From contig CAVQUD010000009.1 in NCBI GenBank assembly GCA_963716755.1, positions 15,477 to 79,476 on the forward strand: a DNA stretch of 64,000 nt. Reading direction: 5' to 3'. Shown here in pieces: positions 28,555 through 37,517 of this stretch. Below the pieces are notes generated by a model, which was not told the origin of the DNA, did not search any database, and saw only the letters and a list, made by a program, of their open reading frames with translations. The stretch is from Blastocatellia bacterium (GTDB taxonomy: Bacteria; Acidobacteriota; Blastocatellia; Pyrinomonadales; Pyrinomonadaceae). Every line of letters begins with the position of its first letter. The stretch's first letter is position 1. The translations under genes were made by a program, and so were the position numbers.

Positions 28555-29424
28555 GTGAAACCAGCCGCAGCAAGTTCGCGAGTCCTTGAGCATCAGGTCA
28601 TAACGACCGACGGCGGCGAGGTCACCGACCTGTTGGCCGTCGAAGAGCCGCTCGAGATACGCCTCGGCCTGCCCGACAAAACTCATCGAGCCATATCGAT
28701 CACCATGCGAACGCCGGGCGATGACGGCGAACTAGCGGCGGGATTTTTGTTTACGGAGGGCATTCTCTCATCGCCAGAGCAGATCACGCAGATCCGCCAT
28801 TGCGGGCTGAAGATCCGTACGGGCAGAGGTGTGATCGACCGCACGTCGGCGCTCAATTCGAATACGATTCGCGTCGACCTCACTGACGGTGTCGAACTCG
28901 ACCTGAAGCGGCTGGAGCGGCATTTCTATACCTCGTCAAGCTGCGGCGTTTGCGGCAAATCCTCGATCGAGGCTCTGCGGACGGGCGTTAAATCATTGCC
29001 GGAGAATGGTTTATCGATCAACGGTGAGGTGGTCCACAGCCTACCGGCGAGGCTGCGCGAGACGCAATCGGTGTTTGACGAGACCGGCGGGCTGCACGCG
29101 TCGGCGCTGTTTACCGCCGACGGCGGCCTTGAGATCGTGCGTGAGGACGTTGGCCGGCACAACGCGGTGGACAAGGTCATTGGGCGGAAGTTTTTGGATG
29201 GGGAACTGCCTTTGTCCGACCGCATCTTGCTCGTCAGCGGCCGTGCGAGTTTTGAGCTTGTTCAAAAGGCCTTAATGGCGGGCATTCCCGTACTGGCCGC
29301 CGTCGGTGCGCCGTCGAGCCTCGCGGTAGAACTAGCGAATGCATATGGCATGACGCTGATCGGATTTGTGCGGGACGGGCGGTTCAATGTTTATTGTCGC
29401 GGGGAACGGATTCGGAATAACTGA
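28555..29424 (+). CDS. fdhD: formate dehydrogenase accessory sulfurtransferase FdhD
   Basis: EEPLEIRL, FYTSSSCGVCGK, GGLHASALF, VGRHNAVDKVIG, SGRASFELVQKA. Confidence 0.9.
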   Translation: MKPAAASSRVLEHQVITTDGGEVTDLLAVEEPLEIRLGLPDKTHRAISITMRTPGDDGELAAGFLFTEGILSSPEQITQIRHCGLKIRTGRGVIDRTSALNSNTIRVDLTDGVELDLKRLERHFYTSSSCGVCGKSSIEALRTGVKSLPENGLSINGEVVHSLPARLRETQSVFDETGGLHASALFTADGGLEIVREDVGRHNAVDKVIGRKFLDGELPLSDRILLVSGRASFELVQKALMAGIPVLAAVGAPSSLAVELANAYGMTLIGFVRDGRFNVYCRGERIRNN

Positions 29425-29482
29425 GAACTGATAGCTGGGAACTGATAACTGATCTATCAGTTATTAGTTATCAGTTATTCCG
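29413..29482. repeat. intercistronic palindrome built from heptamers (AACTGAK x5 facing ATCAGTT-type x3)
   Basis: Outer stem CGGAATAACTGA (29413-29424, containing the fdhD TGA) pairs with TCAGTTATTCCG (29471-29482). Inner stem 29440-29453 pairs with 29456-29469 at 13 of 14 positions. The downstream GTG lies 11 nt after the 3' arm. Confidence 0.8.
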
Positions 29483-29493
29483 AAATAGAAAAC

Positions 29494-31770
29494 GTGAAGG
29501 ATCCAGAACTCAAAGTTACTCCGCCGCCGCAGGTCTCGGCCGGCATTCACGCTGTAACGAATGCGCTCCGGCACGTCTTCGGTAAGATGGGCGTCGTCCG
29601 CGGGACACGTGGAATGCTCAAGCTCAACCAGAAGGGCGGCGTCGATTGCCAGTCGTGCGCGTGGCCCGATCCGGACCGGCGGACGATCAATGAGTTTTGC
29701 GAGAATGGGGCAAAGGCTCTGGCCGATGAGGGGACGACGAGGCGTATTGGACGGGAGTTTTTTGCGGAGTATTCTGTTGCAGACCTCGCATCGCGTACTG
29801 ACTTTTGGCTCAATCAGCAGGGCCGTCTGACCGAGCCGCTGGTACTCCGTGAGAGCGGCACTCATTATGAGCCGGTGTCGTGGGAGGACGCTTTCGCTCT
29901 CACCGCGGAGAAGCTCAATTCGCTCGCGTCATCCGATGAGGCCATCTTTTACACCTCGGGCCGTACGTCGAACGAGGCGGCGTTTCTCTATCAGCTTTTC
30001 GTGCGGCAGTTCGGGACGAACAACCTGCCCGACTGCTCGAACATGTGCCACGAATCGACTAGTGTCGCGCTCGCCGAGTCGATCGGCCTGGGCAAGGCGA
30101 CGATAAGGCTTGAGGATTTTGAAAAGACCGACCTAGTCATCGTCATCGGCCAAAACCCGGGCACTAATGCGCCGCGAATGCTCTCTTCGCTCACCGCCGC
30201 CAAGAACGCGGGTGCGAAGATGATCGCGATCAATCCGTTGGCTGAGGTCGGGCTGACAAGCTTTGTCGATCCTAATCCGCAACATGGCAATCCATTGTCG
30301 GTGTTGGGTTTACGTCCGGCGAAACTTGCGGACTTGCACTTACCGGTAAGGATCGGCGGCGACATGGCGGTGCTCAAGGGGCTGATGAAATCGCTGCTCG
30401 AACGCGAGCGTGCGGCCCCGGGGACGGTGTTCGATCACGAGTTCATCGCCGCCAAAACCGATGGTTACGGCGAGCTGATCGCGACTTTCGATGCGACTTC
30501 GTGGGACGACATAATCGCTGGCTCCGGCATCGGCCGCGCGCAGATCGATGGGGCGGCGGCAATGATCGCCGAGGCTCGATCGTTCATCACCTGCTGGGCC
30601 ATGGGCGTGACGCAGCACACCGAGGCGGTAGCCACCATTCAAGATATCGTCAATCTGCATCTGCTGAGCGGCGCCATCGGTCGTCCTGGAGCCGGATTGT
30701 GTCCCGTCCGCGGTCATTCGAATGTGCAGGGCGACAGGACGATGGGCATTTGGGAGTCGATGGACCAGACATTCCGCGAGAACCTGGAACGCGAATTCGC
30801 ATTTAAGACGCCCGAGCATGACGGCCTCGATACAGTGAAGTCCATCGCGGCGATGCGTGACGGGCGGGCGAAGGTCTTCTTCACGATGGGCGGCAATTTT
30901 GTCGCAGCCTCGCCCGATACCGAAGCGGTCGCGGCGGCAGTCGCAAATTGCGACCTCACCGTTCAGGTCATAACAAAGCTAAACCGCACGGCCCTGACAC
31001 CGGGCAAAGTGTCGCTGATCCTGCCCTGCCTCGGCCGGACCGAGATCGACAGGCAAGCGTCGGGCGTGCAGTTCGTCTCCACAGAGAGCACCATGCTGAA
31101 TGTTCAGATGTCGCGCGGGATATTCGAGCCCGGCTCGCCGTACCTCAGAAGTGAGGTTTGGATCGTCGCACAGATGGCTAAGGCCGTGCTCGGTTCTCGC
31201 TTCGGAGTCGATTGGGAAGCGATGGGCGGTGATTATGATCTGATCCGCGACGCGATCTCGCGCGTCGTGCCGAGTTGTGAGGATTACAACGAGCGGATCC
31301 GTGTGCCGGGCGGCTTTTATATGCCGAACCCGCCGCGTGAGGGGCGATTCACGACGCTGTCGGGCAAGGCACTTTTTCGCTCAAGTAAATTGTCGAAAGT
31401 CGACCTGCCGCCGGGCCGCCTTCTGCTGACGACGATACGCTCACATGACCAATTCAACACCACGATCTACGGCCTCGACGATCGGTATCGCGGCATCGAC
31501 GGCGACCGGCATGTGCTCTTTATCGGCGAGGCTGATATTCTCAAACACGGGCTGACGGCGGGCCGGAAGGTTGATATTACGAGCCATTTTGACGACGGTG
31601 AGCGACAGATTTTCGGTTTCACGGTCGTGCCGTACCTGATGCCGCCCGATTGCGTGGCGGCGTATTTTCCCGAGGCAAATCCGCTTGTTCCGCTCGGCAG
31701 CACGGCCAAACGCAGCGGCACGCCGACGTCGAAATGCGTGATCGTGTCGGTCACGCCCTCGCCCGTATGA
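29494..31770 (+). CDS. FdhF/YdeP-family molybdopterin oxidoreductase
   Basis: Intact 758-aa ORF. KLNQKGGVDCQSCAWPDP, typical of the YdeP family. NLPDCSNMCHESTS. Flanked by fdhD and mobA. Confidence 0.85.
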   Translation: MKDPELKVTPPPQVSAGIHAVTNALRHVFGKMGVVRGTRGMLKLNQKGGVDCQSCAWPDPDRRTINEFCENGAKALADEGTTRRIGREFFAEYSVADLASRTDFWLNQQGRLTEPLVLRESGTHYEPVSWEDAFALTAEKLNSLASSDEAIFYTSGRTSNEAAFLYQLFVRQFGTNNLPDCSNMCHESTSVALAESIGLGKATIRLEDFEKTDLVIVIGQNPGTNAPRMLSSLTAAKNAGAKMIAINPLAEVGLTSFVDPNPQHGNPLSVLGLRPAKLADLHLPVRIGGDMAVLKGLMKSLLERERAAPGTVFDHEFIAAKTDGYGELIATFDATSWDDIIAGSGIGRAQIDGAAAMIAEARSFITCWAMGVTQHTEAVATIQDIVNLHLLSGAIGRPGAGLCPVRGHSNVQGDRTMGIWESMDQTFRENLEREFAFKTPEHDGLDTVKSIAAMRDGRAKVFFTMGGNFVAASPDTEAVAAAVANCDLTVQVITKLNRTALTPGKVSLILPCLGRTEIDRQASGVQFVSTESTMLNVQMSRGIFEPGSPYLRSEVWIVAQMAKAVLGSRFGVDWEAMGGDYDLIRDAISRVVPSCEDYNERIRVPGGFYMPNPPREGRFTTLSGKALFRSSKLSKVDLPPGRLLLTTIRSHDQFNTTIYGLDDRYRGIDGDRHVLFIGEADILKHGLTAGRKVDITSHFDDGERQIFGFTVVPYLMPPDCVAAYFPEANPLVPLGSTAKRSGTPTSKCVIVSVTPSPV

Positions 31771-32402
31771 CTTCTATAGACATCGAAGCCTTTGTCCTCA
31801 TCGGCGGCCGCTCGTCGCGGCTCGGCGAGGACAAGGCGTTCATCGAGTTGGGCGGCATGACACTCGCCGAGCGTTCGGCCCGGATCATTGAGGCGGCGTT
31901 TGCGAATGTTCCAGTCAGGTTTGTCGCAGGTGCGGACGGGCAGTTTCCGGTAGATGTGCTCGCGGGGCTTGCTCGGCCGATGATCGCCGACCTCCGGCCC
32001 GGCTTCGGTGCATGGAGCGGCCTGCATACGGCACTCGCATATACACGCGGTGAATGGGTGTTGGTGCTGGCGTGCGATTATCCGTTCGTACCGCCTGAAC
32101 TCATCAGGTTGCTCGCTGGTTTTGCGACTGATGATAACAATGCCGTCCTGCCCGTACAGCCTGACGGACGGCTGCAGCCGCTGTGCGCGCTGTATCGCGT
32201 AAAGCCCTTTATTGGTGAGATCGAGGGCCTGATGGAACGCGCTGAAGCAATGCCGCCGCTCAGAGTCTTTCTCGATCGCCCACTGACGCGACGTGTCGAG
32301 GCGCACGAGTATGCCGCGATCGGCGATCCGGAGAGGCTTTTTCTTAATATCAACACGCCCGCCGATCTGGCCAAACTCGGCCACGAATCACAAGAATCAT
32401 AG
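31767..32402 (+). CDS. mobA: molybdenum cofactor guanylyltransferase
   Basis: ATGA start/stop overlap with the upstream gene. AFVLIGGRSSRLGEDKAFIELGG, WVLVLACDYPFV. Confidence 0.8.
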   Translation: MTSIDIEAFVLIGGRSSRLGEDKAFIELGGMTLAERSARIIEAAFANVPVRFVAGADGQFPVDVLAGLARPMIADLRPGFGAWSGLHTALAYTRGEWVLVLACDYPFVPPELIRLLAGFATDDNNAVLPVQPDGRLQPLCALYRVKPFIGEIEGLMERAEAMPPLRVFLDRPLTRRVEAHEYAAIGDPERLFLNINTPADLAKLGHESQES

Positions 32403-32444
32403 TTCTACTAATTCGTGTAATTCGTGTAATTCGTGGCTAATTTC
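32381..32444. repeat. intercistronic palindrome with 9-nt units (TAATTCGTG x3 facing CACGAATCA/CAAGAATCA)
   Basis: 32381-32399 pairs with 32418-32436 at 16 of 19 positions. Tandem 9-mers at 32409, 32418 and 32427. The mobA TAG at 32400-32402 directly follows the 5' arm. Confidence 0.75.
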
Positions 32445-32467
32445 TTTTTGTGGCAAAATAGCAACGG

Positions 32468-33860
32468 ATGCATATGGCGGACGACAAATTTCGCGAAGAA
32501 TGCGGCATATTCGGCATTTTTGGCCATGCCGAGGCGTCGACGTTGACGCAGCTTGGGCTTTTTGCGTTGCAGCATCGCGGACAGGAAGCGTGCGGCATCG
32601 TTTCGGCGGACGGGGACGATCTGATACAGCAACGCGGGATCGGTCTGATCGCGGATGTGCTGAATCCTGAGGTCCTTGCCAAACTGCCCGGGACGGCGGC
32701 GATCGGTCACACGCGGTATTCGACGGCGGGCAAGAACACGATCAAGGAAGTGCAGCCGCTTCGCGTAAAGTGCCAGCACGGCCTGATCGCGGTCTGCCAT
32801 AACGGAAATCTGCCGTTCGCCGAGGCTCGTCGTCAGGAGCTTGAACGCGACGGTGCCATCTTCTCGTCCACATCCGACACAGAAACGATCCTGCACGGCA
32901 TCGCTCGAACGAAGGCCCCGAATGCGGTCGAGGCGATCAAGCAAGTCCTTGCCGACACGGAGGGAGCATTTTCGCTGCTTTTCCTGACGACTGACGCACT
33001 GATCGCCGTACGTGACGCACGCGGATTCAGGCCGCTGGTGTTGGGGAAATTCAAAGATGCGTGGTGCGTTGCCAGCGGAACGTGCCGCGTTTGACCTGAT
33101 CGACGCCGAATATATCCGCGAGGTCGAGCCGGGCGAGATGATCATTATTGACAAGAACGGACTACGGCCTGAACGCCCGCTCGAAGAGAAACCTCACGCC
33201 GTGTGCACCTTTGAGCACGTCTATTTCTCGCGGCCCGATTCGATCATTTTTGGCCGATCGGTCAACCAGTCGCGGCACATGATGGGCCGGCACCTAGCTC
33301 TAGAACACCCCGCGGATGCCGACCTCGTGGTGCCGGTGCCAGACTCGGGCGTGGCAGCGGCGATCGGTTACGCGGCGCAATCGGAGATACCGTTTCGGCA
33401 GGCGATCATTCGCAATCACTACGTCGGGCGCACATTCATCGAACCTACGCAGAACATCCGCTCGTTCGGCGTCCGGCTCAAGCTCAATCCGATCAAGGAC
33501 CTCATCAAAGGCCGCCGCGTCGTGCTAGTCGACGATTCGATCGTCCGCGGCACAACCTCGAAAAAGATCGTTCAGATGGTCCGCGAGGCGGGTGCTGCCG
33601 AGGTGCACATGCGCATCTCGTGCCCGCCGACCACGCATTCGTGTTACTACGGCGTCGATACTCCTGACCGTGATCAACTGATCGCGTCGCAGATGTCTGT
33701 TGACGAGATCTCCCGCCAGATCGGCACCGATAGCCTCGGCTACCTCTCGCACGCGGGCATGCTCGATTCCATCGGCCTCGACGCAGCTTCAACTTGCTCG
33801 GCTTGCTGGACGGGCACCTATCCCACACTCATCGCCAACAGCCAAAGCGCCAAGCAGTAA
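32468..33860 (+). CDS. purF: amidophosphoribosyltransferase, one frameshift near 33085
   Basis: ECGIFGIFGH (Cys nucleophile after a short propeptide), VPVPDSG, VVLVDDSIVRGTTS, Cys-rich C-terminal region. ORFs 32468..33094 and 33012..33860. Confidence 0.9.
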
Positions 33861-33865
33861 GTCGA

Positions 33866-34690
33866 CTATTTAATGATGTAAGGGTCAAGCAGCTTGAGCC
33901 ATGAGCGTTCGGCGCGTTTGTATTCTTCACCACAACGCACGGCACGATCCTTTGGCAGGATATCGGGTGCGACCATCCACGCATTTTTCTTTTCGTTGCT
34001 GCCGTAAACGAGACAGATCATGTCGTAGAATCGCGTCTTGCTGAAAGAATGCTCATCCCAGTAGGCCATGTCATTCGGGTCCTGGTCGCGGCTCGCGATG
34101 TCGAATTCAAGGGCTGCATTGATCGTGCTAACGGTCCCCTCGTCCGACCCGTCCAGCATCAGGATCGTCGCCAATTGATCGACAGCGTCCTCTTCGCGGC
34201 CCGTCACCGGCAGGTCCCAGACGTCGATCAGGCAGTGGCCCAGCTCGTGAAACAGAGTCTGCACGAGCGTGTCCTCGACCATCGAGTCGACCTTCTCCTG
34301 GTTCTTTTCGATCGTTTTGAATTCTGCTTCGTACTGAGCGATCAGCTCGTAGCAAAAGGTTATCTCCGACGTTTCAGGACTGTAATATGCATTTGGCTCG
34401 CCGCAGGCATCCATATTGATGTAGATGTCCCTGGGCATGGCGAGAAACGCATTCAGCTCGTCCGCAATTCCCTGAAAGATCTCCTTCTCTTCCTTTGGCA
34501 TGTCCTTTTTCGGGTTCTTTGCCTTTGTCTTTGGCGAGAAACCGACCTTGAAATCGCCCTTGTCCAGCGGGTGTTTTGAAGGCGGCTTGGTCGGGGATGC
34601 TGTTGAGCCCGGCTGGCCCGCAGCCGTGCCGATGCCGAGAATCGAGAAAAAAGCAATGGTAGAGAATATGCGAGTGATCGTCGTCCTCAT
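33866..34690 (-). CDS. DUF4344-type putative metallopeptidase, secreted
   Basis: Signal MRTTITRIFSTIAFFSILGIGTAAG. HExxH in LFHELGHCLIDVWDLPVTGREEDAVDQLATILML. Confidence 0.7.
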   Translation of the reverse strand: MRTTITRIFSTIAFFSILGIGTAAGQPGSTASPTKPPSKHPLDKGDFKVGFSPKTKAKNPKKDMPKEEKEIFQGIADELNAFLAMPRDIYINMDACGEPNAYYSPETSEITFCYELIAQYEAEFKTIEKNQEKVDSMVEDTLVQTLFHELGHCLIDVWDLPVTGREEDAVDQLATILMLDGSDEGTVSTINAALEFDIASRDQDPNDMAYWDEHSFSKTRFYDMICLVYGSNEKKNAWMVAPDILPKDRAVRCGEEYKRAERSWLKLLDPYIIK

Positions 34691-34870
34691 TTTGTTGGGG
34701 AAGACTCCTTAGTTGAATGGTTATTTCCGAGCGAGTATAGCCAACTTGACCCACGAGTGCAATTACCGCGGGCCCCGAACGCGGTCAACGCGATCCTTCC
34801 AATTCTCATCTTAATAACGTAGACTTACGGTCTGCGATGGCGGGCGTTGGATGCTCGCTGTTTTCGCCTT

Positions 34871-35243
34871 GGGGGCGACAGGCTTCGACAGGGGCTTGTA
34901 TAGATCTTTGAGTGCACGTCGGGCTTGTATGGTTAGCTCGTTAAAACAACTATACAAAACACAAATGCTAATCAAGAATTAGCTCTCGCTGCCTAATTAA
35001 ACCTAGGTTAAGCGATGTCTCACCGGAAGTCTGTCTCTTGCGACCGGCCGAGGCATAACACAGTAGAGGCTCGGGCGCGTCCACCACCTGCGGGCGCGGC
35101 TTAAAGTCAGCCAGGTTAGCTGCCGATGAGGTCTTGTCGATTCATCTGCTCATCAGTGGCGAAATTCAAGTGAATCGACTAAACGTGTAGATCTCACTGG
35201 TCGCAACCTTTGGATGCGGGTTCGATTCCCGCCGCCTCCACCA
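34871..35243 (+). ncRNA. ssrA: transfer-messenger RNA
   Basis: 5' GGGGGCGACAGGCTTCGACAGGGG. 3' GGATGCGGGTTCGATTCCCGCCGCCTCCACCA. Internal tag frame GCT AAT CAA GAA TTA GCT CTC GCT GCC TAA (..ANQELALAA stop) at 34967-34996. Confidence 0.85.
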
Positions 35244-35298
35244 TTTTTCCCTTACCTTGGACTTGCTCTAACAAGGCGGTATCCTCATTATTTCTGTA

Positions 35299-36171
35299 GT
35301 GGGGAACGCTGAACTACCAATAGGCATTTTTGACAGCGGCGTGGGCGGGCTGACGGTTTATCGCGCTTTGCATGACCGGCTGCCGAATGAGCATTTCATT
35401 TATCTCGGCGATACCGCGCGGGTGCCGTATGGGACGAAATCGCTGGCGACGGTCGAGCGGTATGCGATCGAGAATTCGCAGTTTCTCGCGTCTCGCGGCA
35501 TCAAGATGCTGGTCGTGGCTTGTAACACGGCGTCGGCGCTCGCTTTGCCGGCGATCAGAGAAAAGATCGGCCTTGATGTGGCTGGCGTGATCGGGCCGGG
35601 CGGGCGAAAGGCGGTCGAGATGACGCGGGACAAAGAAGCTCCGCGGATCGGTGTGATCGCGACCGAGGCGACGGTCGCGAGCGACGCGTATCTCGAAGCG
35701 ATACGGCGAGCGTCGGAAAGTGCTGAAGTGCTGCAGGCGGGCTGCCCGCTGTTTGTTCCGCTGGCCGAGGAGAACTGGACGCGCGAGCCTGAGACCTTCT
35801 CGATCGCCGCAAAATATCTCGAAGGGATGAAACGGTTTGCACCTGACGCACTCGTGCTCGGCTGCACGCATTATCCGATCCTTCGCGACGTGATCCAGCA
35901 GACCGTCGGCGAGAATGTTAGACTCGTAGATTCGGGTGAGGCGACAGCGGATGAGGTCGCGGCGTTATTGAAGGAAAAAGGCCTCGAGAATCCGAACCAG
36001 ATTACCGGCCGCCGGGAACTGTGCGATGACCTCGACCATTTTTACGTGACCGACGCGGCCGACAGATTCGCCCGCGTGGCCGAACGATTTTTAGGTGTCA
36101 AACCGGCAAAGCTCGAGGCGATCGAGGTTTACGGCGGCGACCGAATACAAAGTGAAAACGTGAAAAAGTGA
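35299..36171 (+). CDS. murI: glutamate racemase
   Basis: IGIFDSGVGGLTVYRAL, LVVACNTASA, LVLGCTHYP. Confidence 0.9.
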   Translation: MGNAELPIGIFDSGVGGLTVYRALHDRLPNEHFIYLGDTARVPYGTKSLATVERYAIENSQFLASRGIKMLVVACNTASALALPAIREKIGLDVAGVIGPGGRKAVEMTRDKEAPRIGVIATEATVASDAYLEAIRRASESAEVLQAGCPLFVPLAEENWTREPETFSIAAKYLEGMKRFAPDALVLGCTHYPILRDVIQQTVGENVRLVDSGEATADEVAALLKEKGLENPNQITGRRELCDDLDHFYVTDAADRFARVAERFLGVKPAKLEAIEVYGGDRIQSENVKK

Positions 36172-36242
36172 AAAGGTGAAAAAGTCCCGTCCGCCGGCAC
36201 AGCTTTTTGACACCTTCACTTTTTCACCTTTTCACCTTTCAC
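36152..36242. repeat. intercistronic palindrome built from octamers (GTGAAAAN x4 facing its complement)
   Basis: GTGAAAACGTGAAAAAGTGAAAAGGTGAAAAAG (36152-36184) faces CTTTTTGACACCTTCACTTTTTCACCTTTTCACCTTTCAC (36203-36242). The murI TGA at 36169-36171 lies inside the 5' arm. The rph ATG lies 1 nt after the 3' arm. Confidence 0.8.
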
Positions 36243-36243
36243 T

Positions 36244-36963
36244 ATGACTTATACAAGATCAGACAATCGAACTCACGACCAGATCCGTCCGACTAAGATC
36301 ACGCCCAACATCTCACCGTATGCCGAGGGGTCGGCGCTGATCGAGGTTGGCGGAACCAAGGTCATTTGCACGGCGAGTGTCGAGGACCGCGTGCCGATGT
36401 TTATGCGCAACAAAGGGCTCGGTTGGGTCACGGCCGAGTACGCGATGCTGCCGCGGGCGACAAATACTCGCACGCAGCGTGAGACACAGCGTCCGTCGGG
36501 CCGGACGGCCGAGATCCAACGCCTGATCGGCCGCAGTATGCGGGCAATTGTGGATACAAAGCTGCTCGGAGAGCGACAGATCTATCTCGATTGCGACGTT
36601 ATTCAGGCGGACGGGAGCACGAGGTGCGCTTCGATAACGGGAGCGTACGTCGCGCTTGCCCTGGCCTGCCGCAAGCTCGTCAAAACGGGCGTCATCAAGA
36701 CGAATCCGATCCTTAGCGAGGTCGCTGCCGTCAGCGTCGGCATCATCGAAGGCACGCCGATACTCGACCTCGCATACGTTGAGGACAGCGCGGCCGACGT
36801 CGATATGAACATCGTCTGCACCGGCGAGGGTAAATTCATCGAACTCCAAGGCACCGCCGAGCGAGAACCGTTTTCACGCGATCAGATGGACGAGATGCTC
36901 GTGATGGCGGAGAAGGGGATTCATGAACTGTTCACCATTCAGCGTTACGCTCTGAATGGATGA
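36244..36963 (+). CDS. rph: ribonuclease PH
   Basis: [69 protein letters not shown]. Confidence 0.9.
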   Translation: MTYTRSDNRTHDQIRPTKITPNISPYAEGSALIEVGGTKVICTASVEDRVPMFMRNKGLGWVTAEYAMLPRATNTRTQRETQRPSGRTAEIQRLIGRSMRAIVDTKLLGERQIYLDCDVIQADGSTRCASITGAYVALALACRKLVKTGVIKTNPILSEVAAVSVGIIEGTPILDLAYVEDSAADVDMNIVCTGEGKFIELQGTAEREPFSRDQMDEMLVMAEKGIHELFTIQRYALNG

Positions 36964-37001
36964 CTATTGAGAAACGCGGGATGACAGCGTAAAATCGACC
37001 T

Positions 37002-37199
37002 ATGACAGAGACTGTGCAGGAAATCCTCGCGACGTTTGACCATCTGCCGCTTAACGAACAAAGGGAAGTGACGAAGGTAATTCTTCGGAGATCGCTCGAC
37101 ACCGAAACTCCAAGTCTCACGGACGTTGAACTGATTCTACAAGCAGAAGAGTTATTCCTCGAGCTCGAAAAACAAGAGGCTGAAGATGGCCGAGCCTGA
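37002..37199 (+). CDS. putative type II antitoxin (small helical acidic protein)
   Basis: 65 aa. Overlaps the toxin start by 14 nt. ILATFDHLPLNEQREVTKVIL resembles small addiction-module partners. Assignment rests on context. Confidence 0.5.
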   Translation: MTETVQEILATFDHLPLNEQREVTKVILRRSLDTETPSLTDVELILQAEELFLELEKQEAEDGRA

Positions 37200-37501
37200 A
37201 CGCGGTGAGGTCTGGCTGGTTGACCTCGGTTACGCAGCGAAAGTTCGCCCGTGTCTTGTGCTGAGCATTCCTGCGGAGATCGTCGACAGGGCTTTAGTCA
37301 CCCTTGTACCGCACACTACCAGCACGAGGGGTTCTCGCCTCGAAGTGAACTTACGGGTCCGCTATCTGCGTGAGGGCGCGATTCGATGTTCAGAACCTGG
37401 TCACGATCCCGCATGCAAGGCTAATTAGAAAGCTGGGCTCGTTGATGCCAGGACAACTAGCAGAAGTTGAAGACCGAGTCAGATTTTGGCTCGGTCTATG
37501 A
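37186..37501 (+). CDS. PemK/MazF-family toxin, one frameshift near 37380
   Basis: RGEVWLVDLGYAAKVRPCLVLSIP..ALVTLVPHTTSTRGSRLEV in ORF 37186..37428. Continues in another frame as FDVQNLVTIPHARLIRKLGSL..., ending at TGA 37499-37501. Confidence 0.65.
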
Positions 37502-37517
37502 CCTTTTTGGAGGGATA

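Noticed and set aside
12076-36242. The short tandem repeats (7-10-nt units) read as CRISPR arrays or minisatellites
   Set aside because: The units are contiguous with no spacers, there are only 3-5 copies, each is paired with an inverted copy a few nt away, and no cas genes are present. They are palindromic spacer elements, not CRISPR.
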